DNA of 64,000 bases, from contig OZ024752.1 of the NCBI GenBank assembly GCA_964016885.1, positions 47,058,001 to 47,122,000 of the forward strand, written 5' to 3'. The notes below the pieces were generated by a model. That model saw only the letters and a list, made by a program, of their open reading frames with translations. It ran no database searches and was not told where the DNA came from. A program made the position numbers and the translations under genes. Numbering within the stretch: the stretch's first letter is position 1; each line of letters opens with the position of its first letter. Shown here piece after piece: positions 1 to 12,839 of the stretch. Source of the DNA: Eledone cirrhosa (taxonomy: Eukaryota).

Positions 1-870
1 GTGAGTACTGGGTGCTTTTTGTCGTGACACCTACACGACCACTTCACAGTGAGTACTGGGTGCTTTTTGTCGTGACACCTACACGACCACTTTACAGTGA
101 GTACTGGGTGCTTTTTGTCATGACACCTACACGACCACTTTACAGTGAGTACTGGGTGCTTTTTGTCATGACACCTACACGACCACTTTACAGTGAGTAC
201 TGGGTGCTTTTTGTCGTGACACCTACACGACCACTTTACAGTGAGTACTGGGTGCTTTTTGTCGTGACACCTACACGACCACTTTACAGTGAGTACTGGG
301 TGCTTTTTGTCGTGACACCTACACGACCACTTCACAGTGAGTACTGGGTGCTTTTTGTCGTGACACCTACACGACCACTTTACAGTGAGTACTGGGTGCT
401 TTTTGTCGTGACACCTACATGACCACTTTACAGTGAGTACTGGGTGCTTTTTGTCGTGACACCTACACGACCACTTTACAGTGAGTACTGGGTGCTTTTT
501 GTCGTGACACCTACACGACCACTTTACAGTGAGTACTGGGTGCTTTTTGTCATGACACCTACACGACCACTTTACAGTGAGTACTGGGTGCTTTTTGTCA
601 TGACACCTACACGACCACTTTACAGTGAGTACTGGGTGCTTTTTGTCGTGACACCTACATGACCACTTTACAGTGAGTACTGGGTGCTTTTTGTCGTGAC
701 ACCTACACGACCACTTTACAGTGAGTACTGGGTGCTTTTTGTCGTGACACCTACACGACCACTTTACAGTGAGTACTGGGTGCTTTTTGTCATGACACCT
801 ACACGACCACTTTACAGTGAGTACTGGGTGCTTTTTGTCATGACACCTACACAACTACCTTACAGTGTGG
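1..870. repeat. 48-bp tandem repeat (~18 copies, runs off the window start)
   Basis: Unit GTGAGTACTGGGTGCTTTTTGTCGTGACACCTACACGACCACTTTACA repeated with few substitutions. It explains the 16-aa periodic ORFs at 12-893. Confidence 0.97.
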
Positions 871-2026
871 ATTGGTTGTTTATATTTCCCTAAATACCTT
901 CTATCATAACTTTGTTAGAATCTTTAAGTTATGTTCCAAACACCAGCTTAATGAGAAAGTTAGCTATATTATGAAATCCTTCCAAATTCTTGATTATTTT
1001 CAAAGCCATTTGAAAATCTTATGCATTATCTTTCGACAGAAATATGGTGACATGAGGGTTTAATAAAATTTAATATTTTTTATATATATATATGTATAAA
1101 TTACTTGTTAAAACAATTTTTGTTTCATTCAATGTTTTATTAATATAAGAGTGGTGGTTATTAACTGTAAAATATCCTTTCTTTTGGCAAGGCAGCTACT
1201 CAGCCTCATGTGACAAGAGGTAAAGTTATGGGGAGCAGCATAGCAGATGTGACATCTCATTGAAAGAGTCATTCATTGACCAACAGTGACAGTCACAAAA
1301 AGCTAGGCAACAAGAACCACTCTGAAACCAATGGCCAAGATCACCTAGTTCCCTAACTTAGTAGCCATAGATATCTTTAACCCTTTAGCATTTAAACTGG
1401 CCAGAATTCTCTCACGCCTTTCTGTTCAAACTGGCTGTAACTGGCTACTCATACTGACATAATAAATAATATCAAAATCTCATAGATTTGGTATAACTTT
1501 ACCATAAAAATATGATAGTATATATAAAGTAATGCAAATGATAAAGGGTTAAACTATTGAAAGATTCCAGATGAGACAATCCAAGCAAACTCAAGCAAGG
1601 GTGATACTGAGAAGGAGCGTACATAAGAAAGGCCTATTCTGAATGTCTTAAAATCTAAGCAGTTACTGTAACACTATATATCCTTTCAGTAAGAAATAAT
1701 TTGAAAAAAAAAAAGAGGAAATATTATATAAATTGTTTAGTAATAAATATTCTGTAGCTATAGTTAAGCTATACTTAAAATAACATTAAACAGTGTTTTG
1801 TTGAACTGTTGTTTATTGTGTGACAAACATTTACAAAGTATAAGGAGGAATGATCTTTGAAATCTCAAATCAATTTTGGTTTTTAAGCTGATGAAATATG
1901 GTGTGATGGAATTTTTAAGCATTTAAATGTTGTCTTCTTATATTATAATTATATTATTATTTTCTGTTTTAATTATTATTAAAATTATATTATTATCATT
2001 AGATATTGTTGTTGTTATCATTATTA

Positions 2027-3110
2027 GGATGGTGGTTTTGCAAAATCTTTAGCGTGTCAGACAAATTAGCTTCGAGTATTTGTTCCAGCCCTTTACATTC
2101 TGAGTTCAAATCCTATCTAAATCAACTTTGCCTTTCGTCCTTACAAGGACCATAAAATAAAGTATCAAGTGCTGGGGTAAATTTCATTGACTTTTACCTC
2201 CCCGCCTCACATGGAAATCGTTGGGCTTCTGCCTAAATCAGAAACCATTATGATTTGGCAGTATCAGAAGAGTGTCAGACGCCATGCTTTGGCAGCATAG
2301 AGTTATGGGTTTTTTACGGTCTGAGTTCAAATCCTGCCGAGGTTAGCTTTGCCTTTCATCCTTACGAGGTCGATAAAATAAAGCACCAGTAATGCACTGG
2401 GTTCGATTTAATCAACTTTCCCCTCCCCAAAATTGCTGGCCTTGTGCCTGTACTAGAAATCATTATTATATCATAGAGCTACACTCCTTTACGTTCTGAG
2501 TTCAAGTCCCGCCAAGATTAGCTTCTCCTTTCATCTTTACAGGGTAGATAAAATAAAGTACCGGTAACACACGGGTCGATTTAATCGACTTTCTCCACCC
2601 TCAAAATTTTTGGCCTTGTACCTCAATCAGAAATTATTATATTAGCGTGGTAGTCGGGTAAAATTATGTCAAATAAATAACTTTAATTTGTATTAAAATC
2701 TCAGTTAAGTGAATTTTGCTTCTCATCTTTCCTAGGTCTATAAATTGAAGACTAATCCCTCCTTGCTCATTCATCTCTGGCCTTGTACCTATGTTAGAAA
2801 TTATTATTGATAGAGGGAGAAACTATATAGGGATTTCTCGATAAAGAGTTCAAATCTCACCAAGGAAGATTTGCCCTCCCCCCAGTTCATGAAATAAAGT
2901 ACCAGTCATATACTGGTATATATATACACTTTTAATATATTTAAAAAAAAGTATTTATTGTAATAATTATTTGAGAAGGGAATAATATGACAGAAACAGA
3001 CCACATGCCTTACAGTATCTAGTTTAATCTCTTGATAATCTGAGTTCAAATCCCACTGGAGTCAACTTTGTCTTTCATCTTTCTAGGATCAACAAACTAA
3101 GTATCAGTAA
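2027..3110 (+). mobile_element. Cluster of 5-6 head-to-tail tRNA-derived SINE copies (Nin/Deu-like central domain)
   Basis: Repeated B-box-like CTGAGTTCAAATCC followed by CTTTGCCTTTCATCCTTAC..GGTCGATAAAATAAAG.ACCAGT and GGCCTTGTGCC. The same family occurs at ~9873-9971(-), 17270-17455(+), 50866-50992(-) and 53890-54077(-). Confidence 0.8.
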
Positions 3111-3230
3111 TGATGATGATGATGAATCCTCTAGTACTACAATGAGCATTCATTAGTCCGATCAACCAAGAGCCTAACTTGTTAGATTAGGATGTATGTA
3201 ACTAAGTACATTAGTGTTTTAAGTCTTTAT

Positions 3231-4440
3231 CATTTACATTACTTTATATATACTATTATATTTACATTACTTTATATATACTATTGTATTTACATTACTT
3301 TATATATACTATTGTATTTACATTACTTTATATACACTATTGTATTTACATTACTTTATATATACTATTATATTTACATTACTTTATATATACTATTGTA
3401 TTTACATTACTTTATATATACTATTATATTTACATTACTTTATATATACTATTGTATTTACATTACTTTATATATACTATTGTATTTACATTACTTTATA
3501 TATACTATTGTATTTACATTACTTTATATATACTATTGTATTTACATTACTTTATATACGCTATTGTATTTACATTACTTTATATATACTATTGTATTTA
3601 CATTACTTTATATATACTATTGTATTTACATTACTTTATATATACCATTGTATTTACATTACTTTATATATACTATTGTATTTACATTACTTTATATATA
3701 CTATTGTATTTACATTACTTTATATACACTATTGTATTTACATTACTTTATATATACTATTGTATTTACATTACTTTATATATACTATTGTATTTACATT
3801 ACTTTATATTTACTATTGTATTTACATTACTTTATATATACTATTGTATTTACATTACTTTATATATACTATTGTATTTACATTACTTTATATATACTAT
3901 TATATTTACATTACTTTATATATACTATTGTATTTACATTACTTTATATATACTATTGTATTTACATTACTTTATATATACTATTGTATTTACATTACTT
4001 TATATATACTATTGTATTTACATTACTTTATATATACTATTGTATTTACATTACTTTATATATACTATTGTATTTACATTACTTTATATACACTATTGTA
4101 TTTACATTACTTTATATATACTATTGTATTTACATTACTTTATATATACTATTGTATTTACATTACTTTATATACGCTATTGTATTTACATTACTTTATA
4201 TATACTATTGTATTTACATTACTTTATATATACTATTGTATTTACATTACTTTATATATACCATTGTATTTACATTACTTTATATATACTATTGTATTTA
4301 CATTACTTTATATATACTATTGTATTTACATTACTTTATATACACTATTGTATTTACATTACTTTATATATACTATTGTATTTACATTACTTTATATATA
4401 CTATTGTATTTACATTACTTTATATTTACTATTGTATTTT
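3231..4440. repeat. 28-bp tandem repeat (~43 copies) inside a TTAA-type MITE
   Basis: Unit TTTACATTACTTTATATATACTATTGTA. It is followed by the rest of the MITE body, which ends AAATGCTAAAGAG-TTAA at ~4593. Confidence 0.97.
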
Positions 4441-4919
4441 CTCATATAATATCAAATCTATAAGATTTTGATATTATTTATTTTGAGAACAATACCTTAA
4501 CATAAGTTTGAGCAGCTGGTTATGGCCAGTTTGAACAGAATGAGGTGAGAGAATTCTGGCCGGATACAGCTGGTTTAAATGCTAAAGAGTTAAGGCTAGT
4601 TTCACTGCTAAATCAGCAGGGGTTAGTCTTGTAGGCTCCATAAACTTCATTCTTTTTAATGCATTAGTTTACAGTACAACCAAATACTCTTCTTGGTGCC
4701 AATCCTTTTATTTACTTCTTATGACATGCAGGGATACGCTGTACATATTCTAAACCCAAAACACAGAGAATGTAAGTGATTTTATATAGTATAGTTAACA
4801 TAATTCAAAGGCCGAGCCTTGTCATATATTGTATCATGTTGAGTTCAATGTAAATGGCTGAGTACTGCACTCTACTTATTCCTGAGAGGGTCGTAGGGTT
4901 TAGAGTCCTCACACACTCC

Positions 4920-5210
4920 TGTCAGAAGGTCCTGTCAGAAGCATCTGTCTCCAACTAATTCAGCTGGATCCCCAAACGAGACCAGCCAAGCTCATGGATG
5001 TTATCCAACCATCTTGCTCAGGGTCTACCTCTGGGTCTCTTGCCTGTTGGTTTTTCCCCGTAAAATCTGTCCTCCAGCGATTCTTTCCTGAGACATTCTA
5101 ACGACATGCCGATAGTATCGGAGCTGTGGTCTCTCAATTTGGAGAAGTAGCGGCTCTACCTGGAGTGACTCTCTGATCTCTGAGTTATGCACTTTGACAG
5201 GATACATTAC
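4920..5210 (-). mobile_element. RTE-clade LINE 3' fragment
   Basis: Translation IRESLQVEPLLLQIERPQLRYYRHVVRMSQERIA matches the RTE ORF C-terminus pattern (..IER.QLRW.GHV.RM). Partial repeats occur at ~5320-5400 and ~8245-8330. Confidence 0.75.
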
Positions 5211-5695
5211 TATATTTGATCAGACTGTGTGTTCTGAGATCAAATAGCTCTGCTTGTCAGAGGTTATGACTGGTAGATAGTATCAGCAATAGAAAGACCA
5301 ATGGAAACATAGTTTTCGTGGATGTTATCCAGCCAGCTTGCTTAGGGTCTACCCCTGGGTCTTTTTCCAGTTGGTTTTGCCTGTAAAATCTGTCCAGCGA
5401 TTCTGATTCTAGTATATTACTGTTTGTTATTGAGTTAAAAAGATGAAAATCAAAGTTGATTCTAGTGGGATTTAAAACCCTGATATAGAGAGTCCGAAAC
5501 TAAATATTGTAATGCAGATCTTCTATTTTGGCCTTTTTTAGTTGCTCTAGTGGAATGAAATATAATAAAAATAATTATCCAAATGTAAAACCTAATTATC
5601 ATTATTAGATAAAATTCCAATTAATGCATGGTTTGATTTTGTTTCAGCTTTTATTGTTATTTGGGGTTGGGGGGGATTGTAAATAACTATAAATA

Positions 5696-6413
5696 CAGTA
5701 AACCCTTGGTTTAACAGTTTTCCAATTTAACTGACCCAATAATAAACATGCAATACTGTGCAACAAAATACTCTTCAACTACACTGACAAAGTGAAGTAA
5801 AAATGACATATTCTTTATTTTAATTGAATAATTTTATATTGTATGTTCATGTGTATAATGTAGGAATCCTTTCGGTTACAACCCAGCGAAAACTGCCTCT
5901 GGTTCTATGAAAATGGGGTCCTATTTAATCCTTTAGCGTTTACATTACTCTATATTTACTATTGTATTTTCACAGTAAACACTTTATCTCATAATATCGA
6001 AGCTATGAGACTTTGATATTTATTTTGGGAACAGTACCTTAATATAGGTATGAGCTGCCAGTTATGGCTGGATAATGTATTTCATTGGAAATATGGTCAT
6101 AAAAGGGTTAAAGCTTTCAGCATTAAACTAACACACCTTAACTTTTGATACCACCCACTTGAACTGCCTCAACTTCTATGATACAAAACTACTTGTTTTA
6201 AAGTGATTATATTTGATCTCAGAACCTTTCATCATAATTCTGTGTAAAAGTCTTTGTTCTGTTCTCTTTTAAATACCAGTAATATGATGAGAAGGTTAGT
6301 TATATTGTTAAACCTCTCCAAATTCTTGATTATTTTCGAAATTATTTGAAAATCATAGTTAGTGTCTTTCATTAGAAATACTGTAATGAAAAGTTTAAGT
6401 CAAGGGTTTACTG
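5696..6413. mobile_element. pogo/Tigger-like MITE with nested insertions
   Basis: TIRs CAGTAAACCCTTG / CAAGGGTTTACTG flanked by TA on both sides. A TTAA-type MITE copy lies inside (~5926-6111). Confidence 0.65.
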
Positions 6414-7150
6414 TATATGTGTTGATACTCAAATATCATGTATGTCTTTCACACATATACACACACTGTATAGCTTGCATGACAAAACTGTACAAGTAAG
6501 GTTGTTCCACATCACAGAAAGTTAAAATAAGCAGATAACTGCATCATCTTTGAACAAATCATCTCTATCTAAATGATTTCAATGTCTCTATTTCTATTAG
6601 AAATGCATATTTATTTATTAACTACTTTGTTGCTTTATATATATTGTTGTTGTTTATATATATATATCTATTTGTTCCAGCTCTCTGTGCGCTGAGTTCA
6701 ATGATGGGCTCCGCCTGGTTTTAAAATGTCCTAGAAATGCTGTATATAAATATGGCGCCCCTACGACTCCCTCTGGAGTTATGGGTCCATACATATTAGT
6801 TCACAAGCTAAATATTCAGGGGATTGAACAAGTAGATACTTATCTTCAAATCAGAGGATCCATCATAATGACTAATATCTTTATATTAGCCTCAGTAACA
6901 TTATATTATAAAAGTTTAGTAACCATCATTGTCACTATAAAATAATATATAATCAATTTTCTAACACAGGATTCTTAAAATATATAAATATATAATAAAC
7001 ATTATTTTAAAGAAACTAAAAGAATAACTATTATAGATCTTTTATCATTAATAATGATCTACTCAGAATCTTTTCATTTATATATATATTTGTTACATCA
7101 AGAGCAAATCTTTTCTATAATTTTTGTAATCAACCTTGAATGTTAAGTTT

Positions 7151-7205
<55 letters not shown>

Positions 7206-8329
7206 CATACACACATACAGGACTGTGAAAGTAGTTGAGTATGTGTGATGTCCGAACACATATCCTCCGACTATCTTACTCTCCACCTCTTGGTCCTGGT
7301 CGACATGATGGAGAATACATTGCCCTGGAGGACAGCGAGGGAGACACGCTGGAACACTCACACCACCTCACTGGGCTTGCACCTGTGGACAGCCAACTCT
7401 GTTCCAATATCAGTGAGCAGGGATGTGGTTTGAGGACCAAGAACACTGGAAGTCTCCACAGCTCTACCACAAACCTATCAGGGAGCAGCCGAGACTTGGA
7501 CAGTTTGTCCTCTTTGGTCTGGCGGACAGCAGAGCCTAGGCTGGTAGCCAAACACTTTCTTCTTACCAAAACATGGTCTTTGTTTTTTATTCTAAGTTCT
7601 GTTTCCACAGTATGAGTGGGTGTCTTCTGTAGCTCTTCCACTGATTCAGTTATAAGCTTTCTGGCCTTTAAACACTTGTTATACTGAATCTTTTGGTTGA
7701 GTTAGTAGCTTGAATTATTTATTCAATGGATTCTACTAACTACTCTTACAAAATATCTGTTTTTTGTTTTAATTTATTTCATTGTTTGTTCAGCAAGAGA
7801 AGGGTAGTGTACCCTTTTCAGAGCCTCCAAGAGTGTTAAGAGCATGTTATCCTTAAGTCAGAGAGCTGGTCTAAATGCTTGCAATAGAGTCAACTTTGCT
7901 AAATATATGTTAAAAAAAGATAATTCTCACTACTGTGTTTCAATTGTTTATTGTTTTGATCAATATTGATTTATTAAGTTTAATAATTGATACCTGTAAA
8001 TTCTAAAGATTTGCAGTGTTTTATTTTCAGACATTATTTTACCATATTTTTGTGAAGAAAGTTAATATAAACATATATTGTCTCTTGTTTTCACATATTT
8101 TTAACCCTTTTGTCTGAAACTGCCTTTAGTTCTGTGTTATAAAGCTTCTTATTTTTAAGTGTTATATTTCTCCTCTTTTTTTCTTTATCATCATCTTCTT
8201 CTTCTCCTTGAGAGAGAGAGAGAGAGGGGGGGGGGGTCGGGGTAGAGTCCTCAAACACTCCTTCCAGTGGCTCCCGTCAGAAGTAACCAACTCCAATTGA
8301 TCCAGTTGGATCCCCAAGTGGGACCAGAT

Positions 8330-8530
8330 TTTGTCTCAGCTCATTGATGCTTTGCCGTTCATGTATATCACTGTTACACATCCATCAGAGTATGCATGCC
8401 TCATTTCGTTCCAATCTTCAGCACACAAAGCCCAAGTCTTCCATGCAGCATTGCCATTTGTATACATGCACCATACAAATCTATTTTCACTCTGAGAGAA
8501 AGAAACTTTTTGGTAGTAGCTCCTGGAAAT
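8330..8530 (-). mobile_element. Degenerate RTE LINE fragment
   Basis: Nucleotide similarity to the RTE copy at ~35345-35580 (ctgttacacatccatc..gcatgca..ttcgtt, ccatgca.cat). Confidence 0.6.
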
Positions 8531-9380
8531 TTTTCCAGCTAGTCTTTAATTTGGCCCTTCAGGTAACAGAAGCTATCAACTACATCTAGGGGGCCTAGCT
8601 AAACATTAGACAGGGCTTGTTTCATGCGAGTTCTTGCTGCTCACTACTCCTGGGCGTCTGTCACATACAAAGCCTACATTCTTTGTCAGCCTGCCTGAGA
8701 TCCTGCTACACCTCCTGTTATAGTTTGTACATAAGATTGAATTTCTATCTACTCATTTCCTCCATACCAAGTTGTTTTCCTTTTTACTTACTAGGAATTT
8801 AGTCTTTGCCAAGTTGACTCTGAGGCCTTCGGATTCCAGATTTTGCTTTCATGTCTGGAATTTTTTCTCTAGTTCTGCCACAGACTTGGCTATGAAGACT
8901 AGATGGTTGGCATATTTTCTCTAGTTCTGCCACAGACTTGGCTATGAGGACTAGATGGTTGGCATATAGGAGTTACTGTGGGCAGTTAGACTTAAACTCC
9001 TAGATTCAACAGGTGGGGGCTAAGGACAGAACCCTAGTGGACCCCCACCTGCACTTGAAATTCATCCCTATATTCATTGTGAACTCTAACCTTACTGAAT
9101 GCACCTCTGTATATGGGTTGTATCCCTAACCCTAGCCCTAATGTGTTATACTAATAAATCCTTTGAACATCAGAGGCAGTGTCTTGGCAGTTGGGGGGGG
9201 GGGGGGGGAATAAGGTGACAAAAATGTTAAGAAAACAAAGTATTTGATATCAATATTGGACATGTATTTGTTGCCTTCGTTTTGTCTTTAAATTTGTGTA
9301 AAAACAGGACAAAATAATCAATATATTTATAAAGTTTTATTACAAAAAGAATTTTATTATGTTTTTTATGTTCCTTTCAG

Positions 9381-9497
9381 ACTGGACTAAATGTTGCGAG
9401 GATTGTTGAAATCCCACCCGTGGCAATTATGCCAAACTTCCTAGTACAGCGTTATGTTCTGCAGCCATTCAGATATCAGACAGGTGGAACTATTCTG
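9381..9497 (+). CDS. HDAC11: HDAC11-like histone deacetylase, internal exon (first recognised in window)
   Basis: ttcctttcAG acceptor and GTAAGG donor. The 117 nt encode TGLNVARIVEIPPVAIMPNFLVQRYVLQPFRYQTGGTIL, matching the HDAC11 EIPP..PNFLVQR.VL.P.R.QTGGTI motif. Confidence 0.93.
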
Positions 9498-9710
9498 GTA
9501 AGGTTAACTATATTGTGCTTGTTTTGTTTGGTTGTTGTTGTTTTTTTTTGTTTTTTTTGGGGGGGGGTGGGGAGTTATTTAGTCAGGGATAAATGAGCAA
9601 TGCTCATGAAAGTTTTCAGGGCCTCTAAAACTAGTGAGTGATAGACTAGAAGATATGCTCAAACAGTAGTTCAGGTTCGAATGTTTGCAATAAAATGGCT
9701 TCCTCTAAAG

Positions 9711-10117
9711 CAGTGGTTTTTAAGCTGGGATGCTAGATTCAGTTCTTCTGGGGACAGAGAATAAGTAAGAACAGAAGTTGCATTATAGATTAAAATATTT
9801 TGATTGGATATTTTCTGTTATTTTCAAAAAATTATATTTATTAATTGTAGTAGTTAATTAATTAAATAATTGTTTCTACTTTAGGCACAAGGCCAGTAAT
9901 TACCCAGTGCATTACTGGTACTTTATTTTATCGACCCCGTAAGGATGAAAGGCAAAGTCAACCTCGGCGGGATATAATAGCAGCTAATTAGCTGATAATT
10001 TTACCTGAAAATTTGAGTTCTTTTGTCTTTTGTGCTAGTCCTAAGGGTGTGGTATAGCATTTCAAAATCTCAAGGGGTGGTGGGGGGGGGGGGATAGCAG
10101 AAGGTTAAGAACCATTG
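9711..10117. mobile_element. hAT (Charlie-like) MITE containing a SINE fragment
   Basis: Ends CAGTGGTTTTTAA / TTAAGAACCATTG with a near-identical 8-bp TSD, CTCTAAAG / CCCTAAAG. Confidence 0.6.
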
Positions 10118-10453
10118 CCCTAAAGGTACCCAAAGGTGACAGATTATGTTTGCCACCCATGTAGGCCACTAGATTTAAACTCGAAACACAAAGATCCAGA
10201 ACAGCTATAGCAAGATATATTCTCTGATGTAACTATTCCACTGCCTTGGCCTGCTACTTTATTTTATTGACATTGAGAGGAAGCAAGGCAAAGTTTACCT
10301 TGGCAGGATTTGAGCTCAGTGCAAAGTGCTGGAAAAATCCCATGACATTGGGTTTACAATGCTAACCCTTGCTTTAGTCAGGAAATTTGCTATGAAATGT
10401 TTGTTTTTTTTGTGTTGTTGTTTGAAGACTAATAAATGTATTATCTGTTGTAG

Positions 10454-10633
10454 GCTGGTGAACTTGCCTTGAAGCGGGGCTGGGCAATCAATCTTGGAGG
10501 GGGATTCCACCACTGTTCAGCGAAGAAAGGGGGTGGGTTCTGTGCTTATGCTGATATTACACTTACAATGAAATTCATGAGAGGCAGACATAAGATTAAA
10601 AAAATATTAATTATAGACTTGGATGCTCATCAG
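10454..10633 (+). CDS. HDAC11: HDAC11-like exon with catalytic HH dyad and DxH zinc ligands
   Basis: AG/GT bounded, 180 nt: AGELALKRGWAINLGGGFHHCSAKKGGGFCAYADIT...IIDLDAHQ. Confidence 0.97.
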
Positions 10634-11222
10634 GTAAATATCCCCTTTTTTTCTCCTAATTATTTTCTTTTCTTAAATGAATGTTCCTACCTATCTTCCT
10701 CGTCAGAGCAGAGTCGGCTCTTCAGTTGGGTCTATGATCAACAACCTCTCTAGTGACAATGCCATTTAAATGCACCTGATACACTCTGTAAGGGTGGTTG
10801 GTGACAGGAAGACCGCCTTGCTGTAGAAACCAATCCTAAAAGAATTGAGAAGACCTTTCATTTGTGTCAAAGACACAACAACCTCCCAAGTACTGGTGAT
10901 TTTTTTTGTTTAACTTCCTTCCCTAACCGTCTCACACAACTCTTACATCTATCTGTTCTCTCCTTATTCAAACTTTCCTGGAGAAGGACTTCTATCCAAA
11001 ACGTTGAAACCTCCTCCACTTCCTCCAAGCATGAATCAAATATAACTGTGTAAATTTACCCCCTGTGTTTTGTTTGTTTCATTTATTAACTATATATATA
11101 TGTGTGTGTGTGTTTGCATGTGTAGTCAAGAAATGAAACAAACAAAACACATATGTGTGTGTTTTCCTATATATATGCGTTATCAAATCCTCTTCTTTAA
11201 AAATGCTACTCATATTTTACAG

Positions 11223-11325
11223 GGCAATGGCTACCAAAGAGATATACTTGAAGCTGATGACAATGATGCCTATATCTTGGATATTTACAACAGAAAGATT
11301 TATCCATTTGATGGTTATGCTAAAA
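11223..11325 (+). CDS. HDAC11: HDAC11-like exon
   Basis: tttacAG acceptor and GTGAG donor; GNGYQRDILEADDNDAYILDIYNRKIYPFDGYAK plus 1 nt. Confidence 0.95.
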
Positions 11326-11474
11326 GTGAGCACATTTTATTGACATTTTAATTTTTTGGTGAATTCCTTTTATCAAATATGTTTGTCATCTGCTTATATT
11401 TATATGGTAAAGTTAAATACGACTGTATATGTATATGGTAGTTTCATAGAAGTGGTTGATAGCTTCTGCTATCT

Positions 11475-11715
11475 AGGTGCCTTTATTAGAGGGAGGGTGC
11501 TCTGGGAGCATAATAGCTAGAATAAGGATAAGATGGAAAATGTTTAGAGAGCTACAACCACTGTTAACCACTAAAGGTTTCTCCCTACATAGAAAATGGT
11601 GACTGTATGACGCCTGTGTGCGATGCTGCATGGTAGTGAAACATGGGCTATGACTGCAGAGGACATGCATAGAATGGAGAGAAATGAAGCAACCATGCTT
11701 CATTGGATGTTCCGT
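11475..11715 (+). mobile_element. RTE LINE fragment in HDAC11 intron
   Basis: MLHGSETWAMTAEDMHRMERNEATMLHWM, homologous to the RTE ORF at 22573-23115. Confidence 0.8.
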
Positions 11716-11856
11716 GAGGTAGGTGAACTAGGTTTCACCCTTGTACCACAAGGGGGGAAAGGCTGGTTCAGGTACAGTCTACCCAATGGGCTTTCAAACA
11801 GTTTCTCTTTACCCAATTTCATTCCAAAGGCCTCAATTGATATGAGGTTATGTTAA

Positions 11857-12067
11857 CCCTTTAGCATTTTCATTACTCTATATAAAGTATTGTATTTTCA
11901 CAATAAAGGCTTTATCTTACATAATAATCTCACATAACATCGAATCTACAAGATTTTGATATTATTTATTTTGAGAACAATACCTTAACGTCAGTATGAG
12001 GGGGCGGTTGGGGCCAGTTTGAACAGAAAGAGGTGAGAGAGTTCTGGCTAGTATAAATGCTAAAGAG
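11857..12067. mobile_element. TTAA-flanked (piggyBac-like) ~200-bp MITE
   Basis: TTAA-CCCTTTAGCATTT ... AAATGCTAAAGAG-TTAA. Other copies lie at ~1381-1548 (opposite orientation), ~14725-14990, ~16302-16668, ~41010-41203, ~56547-56966 and 60447-60646. Confidence 0.8.
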
Positions 12068-12219
12068 TTAAGTAGTTCTCTGGTAAAATACCATTGAAAC
12101 AGTTTCTCTTTACCCAATTTCTCTCTCAAGGCCTCAGTTGATCTGAGGTTGTGGTAAGTAGTTAACTGGTAAAATGTCATCAGATCAAATTAAATATTCT
12201 TATCAATATATATTTCCAG

Positions 12220-12289
12220 AAGCCATCAAGAGAAAAATAGAACTTGAACCTTTCACAGCTGATGAAGAATATCTTGATTCTGTTGCAGT
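12220..12289 (+). CDS. HDAC11: HDAC11-like exon
   Basis: tttccAG acceptor and GTAAGT donor; (K)AIKRKIELEPFTADEEYLDSVA(V). Phases 1/2 fit the neighbouring exons. Confidence 0.92.
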
Positions 12290-12476
12290 GTAAGTACATT
12301 TTCTATTTTGGGACTTTTTTATTTTTATTTTCTATTAATCTGTGTTGATTTGATGTTGTTTAACCCAAGGTCAGCTCAGGGTTGCCAGTCGTAAAATGAT
12401 AATGATGATGAAATATGAGTATTTAGTTTTCAAATAATTTAACATGAATTTTTATTTTATTTTGTTGTTCATTTAG

Positions 12477-12585
12477 AAATGTACATGGAGCCTTAAATGA
12501 GTTTGCTGCAGATGTTGTTATCTATAATGCTGGGACTGATATTTTAGATGGAGATCCATTAGGCAATCTTGCCATCTCACCAGCG
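12477..12585 (+). CDS. HDAC11: HDAC11-like exon with YNAGTD zinc-ligand motif
   Basis: atttAG acceptor and GTATGT donor; NVHGALNEFAADVVIYNAGTDILDGDPLGNLAISPA. Confidence 0.96.
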
Positions 12586-12839
12586 GTATGTATCAAAATA
12601 CCACACTGTTATAACCTTCTCTTAATTTTATAATGTAATATTTTGTTAGTTTAAGGTTTTCTGGGAATTTATTTCAAAAGACCCCTTTTTAACAGCTCAG
12701 TAGTCACAGTATTTATCTCACAGCAGTAATATTCTGTATATACTTGTGTGTAAATCAGAAGGATTAAAATATTGATTTATGGAAAATTAAATTTTCGCCG
12801 TTTACAGTAAATTATATTTTCAAATGACCAAGCATATAT

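Noticed and set aside
1-870. CRISPR-like array or repeat protein
   Set aside because: There are no unique spacers and the context is eukaryotic. The ORFs arise only because the 48-bp unit lacks stops in one frame.
3192-4471. Three ~400-aa Y/I/L-rich ORFs
   Set aside because: They are translations of a 28-bp repeat with no stop codon in any plus frame; the repeat is MITE-derived.
9121-9141. Telomere-like CCCTAA repeats
   Set aside because: Only about three imperfect units, too short to call an interstitial telomere.
1-9380. Upstream HDAC11 exons (e.g. LHPFD motif)
   Set aside because: Not recognised by eye; they probably lie before the window, though a short exon could have been missed.
10975-11006. 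Possible Penelope-type minimal hammerhead ribozyme (CCTGGAGAAGG...CCAAAACG)
   Set aside because: The catalytic core CUGANGA/GAAA is not intact; at most a decayed remnant.
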